Part shown: piece after piece, positions 45,270 to 56,300 of the stretch
Layout of the letters: each line of letters opens with the position of its first letter
Position numbering within the stretch: the first letter of the stretch is position 1
NCBI GenBank assembly: GCA_964035545.1
Contig: OZ037765.1
Span: 16,740,995-16,804,994, forward strand
Source: Bugula neritina
Lineage: Eukaryota; Animalia; Bryozoa
Length of the DNA: 64,000 bases
Direction of reading: 5' to 3'
Made by a program: the position numbers and the translations under genes
Notes under the pieces: model-generated
What the model was told of the DNA's origin: nothing
What the model saw: only the letters and a program-made list of their open reading frames with translations
The model's database searches: none

Positions 45270-45900
45270 ACCACAGTAATGTAAAACGACTGAGGCGAAA
45301 TTGACCAAATTGGGAGGAAATAGCTTGAAGCAGCGCCAAGTTAGGTGTCACTGAGTGCACTAACTTAGAGTCGCATATCTGGAGTTGGGTGTTTCAGGTT
45401 TGAACAGCAGTGTGTATACAAATACTGTACTTAGTTACCCCTAACTTAATACTGTTTCTAGCCATAATGTTATACTTCTTTTATAAATTATACATTTCAA
45501 GGTTTGTTACAGTTTATGGGAGCCACCATGGTACGCCATTTATAAATTAGATACGCACTAGGGTCAATGATTATGCCCTTACAGCTGTATTATCGAGTTG
45601 TCTTCTTTACTATCTTGAGCTCACCGAAGTTTATCAATTCTCCTGTCGCTGTAACGAGACATGGTATCATATAGAGTTATCCCACTTAAACATTGCTAAC
45701 TGTTGATATGGATGGCTTAGAAAAAATCTATCACGTGACAGCAACATAGAACAGACAGACAAACTAAAGTGGAAGCTTTCAATTCATTTTCATAACACCA
45801 AACAACCAATTTTTGTATTAGATTTAGTTTCAGCATCTACATAACAAATAATTGTTATTTTCAGAGTCTTACTGATAAAATTAATGCGTATTATAACAAA
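45270..45900. promoter_or_regulatory. Probable bidirectional RPRD1/AGBL5 promoter
   Basis: CpG-retaining patch; E-box TCACGTGAC (45731-45739) abutting an RFX half-site AGCAAC (45740-45745); minus-strand donor TTCG|GTGAGC at 45625/45624. Confidence 0.55.
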
Positions 45901-45914
45901 GTAAAATTATTTAT

Positions 45915-46330
45915 ACTAACACTGATGGTCATATTTATAGTAAATTTAATATTCATACTGATACTATAACTATCAGTATCACATACTCATAGTGATAGTG
46001 ATACTGATACTATCAGTATGAGTATCAGTGATAATAATACTCATAGCTATACTCATAGTTATACATTTACATTCATACTAATACTAATACTGAGTTTGAT
46101 ACTTATACTCATACTCATAGTGATACTGATATTCGTACTAATACTCATAGTCATACTGATACTCATACTGATAGTCATACTTAGAGTCATAGTGATAGTG
46201 TTGATGTTAGTGATGCTCGTACTAATACTTAATCCCATCGGGCTTTCATCATAGACCATACTGATTTTCTATAGTGCATAGTCCATAGTCACGAGTGATA
46301 GTCATGGTGATTCTCACAATGATAAGTCCT
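45915..46330. repeat. Degenerate (ATASTN)n hexamer tract on the AGBL5 side of the divergent promoter
   Basis: ata-ctc-ata-gtg-ata-ctg... with T at every third base; produces the spurious I/L/V-only ORF 46018-46254 and the S/I/T/M ORF 46059-46259. Confidence 0.85.
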
Positions 46331-47347
46331 AAACTCTGTATTTAGACCTAGACTCAAATTGCAGTGGGGAGAAGTAGGTGTTAATGCTTTCTTCAATTCT
46401 GTTATATCAATACAGCTATATTTTCAATTTTCTCACAGGTAGAAATATTTGCATAAATTAGAAATTTAACTTGGCGATAATCATAGTGACTGATAACAAT
46501 TAGTTGCTAAAACAATTCATAAGCTTCAACATGAACATAAATTTTAAAATGCCTATTACTCTAAGTTTGGTGTATGGCTTTACTTTAATTTTGTGCTGGC
46601 TCTATATCACTATAATTTACCTCATAAAATAAAGATTTAAATCTGAAACACTCACCATCACCTTACAGTGTAAATACAGATGTGCTTACTTGGCCTCAAT
46701 CTAAGTTACCTTATACCATAAAACAGGATGCCTTGTAATAAGTTTTATGCTGGAGGAGCAATTAACATGGTAATTCTTTTTATGCAGCTTCATGGCTTTA
46801 TGGTTTCTGCTGCTAATCACTCATAGCCCCAGATAATGATCTGATGTGTGACTTTGTTTGGGAATATTTTCATCAACAAATATTTTCTGTAGGATTATTG
46901 GCTATCTCTCAATAGTGTAAGTACTAGTCAGATTTTTATTTTATTTATCATTTGTTTTATACATATTTTGGAAGAAAAATTTGCTGCTCACTATTAAACT
47001 TGAAAAATACTGTAACTAGCAAGCCCTTAATTATAATGATCTTAGCTGCATTGATTTTACCATCATTGTTAATAAACAATTACTCATGACAGTGAAATGG
47101 GTCTTTGAGTAAGTATAAGTTGTTACTAGTGTACTATTTGCTAAATTAGAGAGGTGGAATCTGCTGAAAAATCTTTACCATTAAGGGTGTTGACAAAGAT
47201 GACTTTTAAAATTGCTAGATTTTTATGTTACTCACAAACGTTTTGCTGAAATAGTTTAATGAATCAGGAGTAGACACATATGATGAACAGTCTGGCTTTA
47301 TGAAATGTTTTTCTATAGGAGTGTAGTATTTTTAGGAAGGGTTGATA

Positions 47348-50300
47348 ATGGATTCAGAGAAAGGGCATAGCCCAGAGTTATTTGGATCATGTGAAAGTCC
47401 AGTGGCTAGAGAAACATGTGGTATTGCGGAGGAGAATTCAATCACTAACGGTTCTGATAATACCGGAGGTATTCAGATAATTTCAGTCAAAACTCATTAG
47501 TGTGTGTTATTAGATAAATATAGTATGTACACATGTGTAATATACTATAGTGTCAACAACTGAATGAATTGTAGTATAATTTGTCTTAAAATAATAATTA
47601 CTGGTTTAGATGACATAGTATAAAAATTTTTTGGTATTGTTGTACTATATAAATTGTTAAGAAGATAGCAAGCTATATATGATCACCATGATATTTGATT
47701 GTCATTATAATTCCATTTACTTTATTACAAAAATATTGACATTTTAACAATTTAATCCTTTTAAAACGAACATGCTTGAAAAGCATAATAATGATTATAT
47801 ACTAGTTACTAGTTACATGTCATTTAAAGTTCTGTAAGTGATAACTTAATCAGTTGTATTATCTCTACATAACTTTAGATATTATGCAACTGGGATATTT
47901 TCAAAACTGGAAGTTATTGCTCGAAGTTTTTACTGTATTGTTACACATTTTCACTTTACCAATCTAGATGGCTATAAAATAAATAGCAATTTACCATTGT
48001 GTTTATTTTTTATAAATTCTGCTTTGTTTATAGAATCGGTTTACCTTCCACTAAAAGGAGATGAGTTTCGGTTTGGTAACATGTTATTTACATCAAAATT
48101 TGACTCGGGTAATTTACAGCATGTGGAAAAGGTGGCAAAAGATCAACAAACTCTCATTGATAGTAAGTAGGTCCATCGTGCCCTTAATTTCAACTTAGTA
48201 GCCTGGTACGTTATTACTTATTTTTTAGGTTAATTTAAAAGTAATGGTTGAATTATTATGTGTATGTGGTAAAACTGTACCAGGGTATTTTTGCAGACAT
48301 GTAATTTTCAATTGCATTTTTTGAACACCTAGTTTAAAAATTTTAAAAAGTCAACCCAACACTCATAAATTAAAGATATTAAATAAAATAATGTGCATAA
48401 TACAAGTTACACAGTTACTTTATAGAAGCATGCATTTTGCCTTTGAACTTACAGAATTTTATATAGGTTATATTGGTGATATTTTAGAGTTGTTACATAC
48501 CCCTGGTTGGCCGAAATTTTGCATCATCTATTACATTAGTCTGCTTTTGTTTCCACTTCTCTCGTATACACTCTCTAATTTGATGGTAGCACTTCTTCAC
48601 CCATTATTGGCCTCTACATTATATAACCTTACAAACACCTCCTCTCTCAGCCTATTCAAAATTGCAACTCTGTCTCTATCAGTGGTTAGCCCATTTACTA
48701 CAGCTAGATTCTCATACTGATTGTAAAACCCTCATATGATTTTCCTACATCTGGTACCAGTATCACTTGCCTTTTTGCCCTCAACAATGTATAAACTTTA
48801 AAGTAATCTATTGTAATTGCTTAAACGCTTAATTTTTTAGCAGAAGTTAAAAATAATTGTTTGCGTTTCTATTTTGATCTTACTTGTTGACAATATTTTT
48901 ATATTTAATATAAAAATTATTTAGAAAAAAAATGAAAGTTAAGCTATTGGTAATACTAAAGATAATTAATTTTTTTAACCCAATGAATGTCATATGTCTT
49001 TACCTGTTTAAGGAATTTTATGTTTGATAGAACCCGGATATTTAGATCCGGTTGCTGATGTTGAATTCAATGTATGGACTAGACCAGATTGTCATGGAAG
49101 CCCTTATGAAAACGGAAACAGGTAGAATGACTCTATTATTCCTACATTTGATTGCACAAATCCTCCATGAGCAACAACTGTAGAAACTGAAACTTGAACT
49201 TGGTGCAAGATTTCGATTTGTTTTACAGTGAGTTTGTGCATTTGTTGGCTTAAATGATTCATTAACTGAACTGTTTTTACAGATCATGGTTTTACTTTGG
49301 AGTGCGTGGATATACACCTGGAAGGCTAATGAAAATAAATATAATGAATATGAATAGACAGAGTAAGCTCTACTCGCAAGGCTACAGCCCTATCTACAAA
49401 GTTTTGCCCCATAAACCACACTGGGACAGAATTAAAGAGAGGTGTAGTTTTGAGGTACAATTCTCTTTCTTTCTGTTCATCTATGTATGTCTATTAAAAT
49501 GGTTTAATATAAAATATGCTAATGATATTATTGCTTCAACTCCTGTGTTACATAAAAGACTATTTTGGCATGACTATAATTTGATATAATTTACCCTTTT
49601 CTATTCAGTGTGTAGGAACTGACTTTGTGCTGTCATTTTACTACCGATTTGGAGAGAGCAGAGGCAGCACTGTCTACTTTGCGTTCTGTTATCCCTGGTC
49701 CTACACCGAGACACAGCAGCAGCTTCGGCAGCTTGATGAGCAGTTTCTAGACGCAGATAGCTTAGAAAATAGGTCAGTTTTGTTATGATGCAGCTTTTAC
49801 TTGAACAAGTCGATTGCCATATTGTGTCATACTATTGTGTCGTACTCTTGTGTTGTACTCTTGTGTTTTAGTGACTTATTGCAACTGCAGAACTAGATCA
49901 GCAACTACTTATACTCCCTTACTGTTCTAATTATGCAATGTTAGAAAATTTGTGGGTAGCCTACTTATGCTCCTTTAAGATTATAATAAGATTTTAAATT
50001 TTGCAGTCGTTTTGCGGTAGAGTTGCACAACTATTATGTTAACTGTAGAAGTGACAAAGACATATACTACCACAGAGAATTACTCTGCCACTCACTAGAT
50101 GGACTAAATGTTGATTTGCTTACTATTTCCTCTTACCATGGCATCACAAACCAACGAGAGCCACGATTTGATTCTCAACTATTTCCAGATGTTTCTAAGC
50201 CCCGGTGCAAAAATTTCTTTGGGAAAAAAGTATGTGAAATCATTTTTTAACCCAATTTTTATGCAGCATTTAATTTGCATCTTCAATTCTAACAATCTTG

Positions 50301-53300
50301 ATAATTTGTTTAAGAGCATCAGATTTTACTGACCATTTTGGGTGTTTTATAATTTCTATCATTTTCAAGGATGTTCTTACTTGTCTATGTTAATTTTATA
50401 CACTTACATTTCTTGCATTATCTACACTTTCATACACGTGCAGTAATAATATATTCCTTCTATTTTGCATTTTATATAGTATTATCTGTTTTAGGACAAT
50501 CGCATCAATTTATTTACAGTATTTTTCTGTTTTGCAGGTGTTTTTCTTGACGAGCCGTGTGCACCCTGGTGAATCCCCTGCTAGTTCAGTATTCAATGGT
50601 TTCCTCTCCTTTATATTACGATCTGATGATAAAAGAGCAATTCAACTTCGTAGACAATATGTATTTAAACTGATCCCTTTGCTCAACCCTGATGGTGTGG
50701 TTAGAGGTCATTACAGAACTGACTCGAGAGGCATCAACCTCAACAGAGTGTATCTGGATCCTGTCTTTGATCTCTACCCATCTATATATGCTGCAAAGTC
50801 TCTTCTAGTCTTTCATCATATTAACAATTCACCAACTCGTTCTGTTTACATTCCCAAAATGGAGGTTATATTTAGAGAACTGTCAAAAATCAAGACAGCG
50901 GAGTCTTGCAATGAGTCGAAAGGTTCATTAATAGCTGTTGAAGGGGCGGTGAGCTCAAATGGCGTGGTGAGTGCAGATGTGGCGTCTTCACCTTGTCTGG
51001 CTAATGGCATTGTAGAAAGTGAGCGCAATTCAAGTGGACATGTCAGCAGAAGTAACTCCTCCGTTCACACTGCTGCCGACGTACTTGTTGACATTGAAAA
51101 TGGCGATGAGCCTGAGGCTGGTCTCCTGTCAGGTAACTCGATTAGTGTTGGTATGTTTAGCAGATAGAGTCTGTTAGAACTCGCACTAAGAGCTCGCTAC
51201 ACAGTGTGCAGTTGCCTGTATACTTGTACAACTCAATCTTTCATTTATTATTTTGATTATTAAGCAGTTTCCACGACGATAATTTGCATTTTAAACATAT
51301 TTTCAAACCTGATGATGTGTTTTTATCATTATTTTACAAAAGCACAGAACTCAAATTATATAAAAAGTAATAATTAAAAAGACTTAATGTTGACAATCAA
51401 TCAAAGCTTTATTGTTCAATTAAAAATACAAGTAAAGGTAGTTTAAAAAAAATTTATTTGGTTCCACTTGAGTTTTTCTGAGAGTTGTAGCCTTTTTTGA
51501 ATGTGCATTTCATTGTTTCTTCTTTGCTTACTATTAAACTTACAAATGTTGTTTTGTGTAAGAGCATACTTTTAATTAGTTGTTTAGGACCATTCTATTT
51601 TTAGAGTGATATATTTTAGTGTTAGTAAATATTTGTCAAGCTGTTCTGTACTCAAGCTATTTGTAATTCAGATTCACCGAGGAGTGGGACAGAACATCTG
51701 AACCATCCAAGGTTGCGTTTAATCCCGCCCAGTGAAAGTGGTATCACCTTCTATGTTGATCTGCATGGACATGCATCTAAGAGAGGGTGTTTTATGTATG
51801 GTAATCACTTTCTGGATGAAGATAGTGCGGTAAGTATTTGTTGTATTTCATCTTTTTAAATCACATTCTTTAAGGTTTATTATTGTATCTGATACTTCTT
51901 TAACACTTTCTCCGTGAAGCCATCCTTATACCATCAACTAGCTTATTTACACTAGCTTCATACACTGCATCAAATATTATCTAATATGATATTTTCATAA
52001 ACATTTTCTTGTTTTTACACGTGTATTTGGTAAACTACTATATATTAAACATCCACATGTTTTGCTCCTCAGTTGATAAATACATCAGAGAAAGTTAAGT
52101 CTAAGTAATGGTCCGCTAAGTTTATAAGTCAATTCAAGCCTTTTCCTGGAAAAACCTTAAAAGCCACTCTCAGGATAAGTCCATCTGCCTGCTTCATTTT
52201 CATGACATGGCTGTGTTGTATAGTTCGACTGTTCTTATTCAAAACAACAAGCTCATGGGTCAACTTATATCTACATAGCACAGAGAGTATGATGAATGCT
52301 CTCCTTTCATCACGTGTCTTGTCACAGTCTTGGTCTCCATCTCTGATTGACTCTTTTAAATAAATGATTTAAGTTTCAAATTAGCTTCTATTACATTTGT
52401 AATACTCTTGTTAATATTATACCTGGGTTTTTCTATATAAGGTATAATATATAGAAAAACCCAGTTGGTAAACTCCAACTCTTATGCTCACAATAAAGCA
52501 TGAGAAACTTCGCTTGGATTATACCCATTAGATTAGAGTTATGTTGCACCCAAAGGCTAGATAATGGGTTAAGGCTTCAGCTAGTAAAACCGTAACATAT
52601 CATTTAAAGATGAAAAACTCACATGTCTTAAATTTTTCAACCTACTTCATTGCAAAACCTGTGTTTTGCAATCGTTGCAGAGTAGTTATATCCTAGAAGT
52701 CTTGAATATTTGTGTGTATGAAAGTTATGCAAAATATCATAACAAATTTCACAGATACTTCATTGGCTTGAATTTATTCTTGAAGTTCTACTGACTACAA
52801 ATTTTTATCTAAATTTAGGTGCTCAATCTTCTTTTCCCAAAGTTGATATCAATGAATAGTGCTCATTTTGATTATGGTGGGTGCAACTTCACCGAAAAAA
52901 ACATGTATACCAAAGACAAGAAAGACGGGCACTCTAAGGAAGGAAGTGGCAGAGTTGCTATACATAAGTCTATAGGCATTATTCACAGGTACCTGGGTTA
53001 TGTCATTTCATTGAAGCTTAATATGCACCTAGATCTTAGCACAGTCATGTTATAAACTATATGTTGTTATACAACACACATCTCAACCTGACAGCAAGTA
53101 GTGCTTTTGATAGTTTTCTTGATATTAAGCATATTATTAGCGCTTCAGTCTTCATAAAGATTGCAGCGTGTTGTGTTATGTGATAGATCAAAAGTTGACT
53201 GGGTATTAAATTGATTTATTTTAGCACAACAAGTGTCCAGCTAAGTAGCACATAAACTATTTATATAGCTACATTGTATTTGTCTCATATGTTTTGCTGA

Positions 53301-56300
53301 TAGCACAATGTTTGTAACATTACTTCTGCAGCTATACTCTTGAGTGCAACTATAACTCTGGCCGTTTAGTCAACTCCATTGCTGGTACTCCTGATGGGAG
53401 AATAACTCCTCCCCCTGCGGCTGGCTTCCCTCCTAAGTTTACACAAACGCACTTTGAAGAGGTAAGCAGGCCTGTCTGGTGTAATTTCAAGTAGGCTACT
53501 TGTGTTCTGTGCTTCTGAGGAATAGTAGAGTTGGCATTGCACACCTTTGCAATATCTTTTGTGCTGCTATAATTACAAAAAAGCTAACACTTTTTGCAAT
53601 TTCAACTGGTTTTCAAAATTTCTAATATAATTTTGAAATAAACAGAACCATTTACTTAGTCATCAACCTTTGTCAGTCATAAACTCACGAAAGTTTTTAG
53701 TCACTATCCCTGTGAGAAGCCCCTGATGAAAAAGGATTTTTAACGCAGGCTAAGGACTTATTCATATGAGGCACAGGAGTAATTATGACTGGATACTCTT
53801 CCTAACATCACCATTAGCCTTTACTGGAGATCAAACCTGTGACCACTGATTTATTAAGCCAGTGCTTTAACCACAACCTTTGTCAGTCATAGGTCATGTT
53901 TGAAAATTTTTCTAGAAAAAACATGAAGTATAGTTACCAAAAAATAATTTAGACATTTTCATCAAAAACCTCATTCCCACGTAAAGTATCTATATAACAG
54001 CATAACTTTTCAGGTTGGTAGAGCAATGGCAATAGCAGCATTAGACTACGCAGATACAAATCCTCTTTCTCGGATCAAATACTCAGAGCTCAACAATGTA
54101 CATATGGTGAAAGATTGGATTAGAAAGGCATTGCGGGGAGGCCGATGTGTTGCCAAATATAACAGGCCATCAATATCAATTAATCCAAAAACCATGATCA
54201 AGAGGTGAGTGTGTTGTCTGTGCCTTTATGTGTCTTATTTTAGACTAAGGTTCTGCAACATGGAGCAGGATATGCGGTAAAATCAGCAGAGCAGCATTAT
54301 TGTATTTGTGCATGACTTTACTGCCCATTGCTACAACTTATTTTATTTGAAATTTATAATATTCAACCTCATTTACAATTCTTAAGAACATTCAGTTGAT
54401 AGAAATATAAGCACTAAATAAGAAAGATGAAAACGTCAAACAGTTCTCAGCCAATTAAGCTACTATCTGCAATACTTTCACTACCGGAGTTTTATTTAGT
54501 AGGTCATTTTAGCACCAAGCTTGCATTATTGCGTACAGATTTAGTACTTGGGTAATAAGTTGCAACAAATCCTACAAATCCTCACCTTTCTCACCTAGAT
54601 GGCTGCAATCCAGTGCCAATAGCCGTAAAATAACTTCCAGAAATACCAGTAATTTCATACAAATGCATTCATCTTACTGCATGTAAATTAATGTTTCCAG
54701 CAACATTCCTTTCAATCCTGTGAAACCTGAAGTAATGAATAAAAGCAAAATGGCTGCAACAGCCGCAGTGGCAGGTGATCCCTCAGGCAACAGAACAGGG
54801 TTTAGCTTTGGTAGAACTCCTCGGTTCAGTGAGGGTAGCGTACCCTCCCTCCAGTCACCGGCAGGCATCAATCAGATTCAACAGGTTGTAGTTGTCAAAC
54901 CTGGAGAATTGGCTCCAGTCAGAGATGGTTAGTTAATGTTATATTATATAATGTGCAATACAATATGTGGTAGATTTTTACTGTAGGCTACAATGTGCAA
55001 TACAACATGTAGTAGTTTTTGGCTAGAGTGTATTGTGTGTTCTAATTTTTTTAGTCAACAAGTATTCATCATTCAGAAAAATAGTAACGAACAAAGAGAC
55101 CATGTGTTATGGAGATATTTGCTCCTACTTTTTGTGCTATAGCCTACTACTAAATAGTCCATGCTAAATTGTTCATATGGGCAAGGATAATAAAAGTGTT
55201 TGTCAGTTACTGATAATTATTTTTAAATTATTGTCATGAATAACTTGGTTAAGGCGCGTAAGCTGTAATACATTTATTTTTGCAGTTCACAGGCGGAGCT
55301 TCTCTCTACCGTCCTCAAGCTTGATCAATAAGTGTAACAGTCCCACAGTATCAGCTAAAAGTTTGTCTGAAATTAATCAAACTCGTTCATACTCATTAAG
55401 GTGTAAGTATTGCATAGAAAGTCAAGTGTTTTTTTTACTGTATAAACTTTCGTATAGTATCGGTCACTCCTCATAAATTGTGAAATTTTGTGTTATACAT
55501 TTATACATGCTCCTATTTTTCAATGTGTCATTTAAGTGTTGCCTCCCCATGTCAGTAATTCCTTCAACTTAGTTACCAATGACAAATATTGGCATGTCAA
55601 AAAATTCAGTAACAACATTTTTCATCGCAAATTTTCCAAGAGGAGCTACATTATTTTTGTGGCTATTGTTTGTTAACAACTGTTGTATCAAATTGTTTAG
55701 CAGATATTATCGTTTTTTCTGCTGTCACCAGTCCAATCAAATAATGGTGAATATTTGTGTTATACTTGGCAGCCACTATAATCACTAGCTTATCAGTCAT
55801 TATATGAATGTTATGCATGATTAGAACAGCAGTTTCATTGATTAATAGTATTTTATATAGTAGTCAATTTCTGAGATTTTAATGATCCATTTCTATAAGA
55901 TTTTGCAACAGGCAATGCCCAAAAAGGGTACAACTCCTAATTATAAATTGGATATAAGGGACATTGAAAAAAGGTCTATTGTTTAAAGCTATGTTTACAT
56001 AATACTCTTCAGTGTAAATATGGAAACCCTAATCAAAGGCCTACAGTGACTTGCGATGATTTTCAGAAAAATTTGCTGAAGCATTTCATAATCTCATACC
56101 TCAAACTCTTCCGAAATTTTATTTTGCATTTTATCTAAAACTAAAAGCACTTAATTTGCTCTAAAATATAGGGATACATTTAAAAACTGGTCAACATTTG
56201 TAAAACCCCAAGTAACAACATAGAAGTTCCTACCCTGATGTCTATTTTTGAGTCATATAATTATTTATATATCTATAGCCCGCAAATGCTTGCTCTGTTG

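Noticed and set aside
46018-46259. Hydrophobic I/L/V ORF resembling a transmembrane peptide, and its antisense ORF
   Set aside because: A by-product of the T-every-third-base hexamer repeat; no splice or homology support.
48540-48790. Pyrimidine-rich intronic stretch and ORF 48391-48720
   Set aside because: Possibly an old transposon remnant, but no recognisable protein motif or termini.
53720-53760. CTGATGA hammerhead-core-like motif within the SINE
   Set aside because: No stem II followed by GAAA and no stem III/cleavage triplet.
54599-54649. Possible extra AGBL5 exon after a strong acceptor (ctcacctag)
   Set aside because: No phase-compatible GT donor, and read-through hits a TAA near 54684. 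The flanking exons already join in phase. It could be a decayed exon or a 1-bp assembly error.
55912-55973. Possible extra AGBL5 exon ([11 protein letters not shown]...)
   Set aside because: Phases do not match its neighbours; 55402 joins 56944 in frame.
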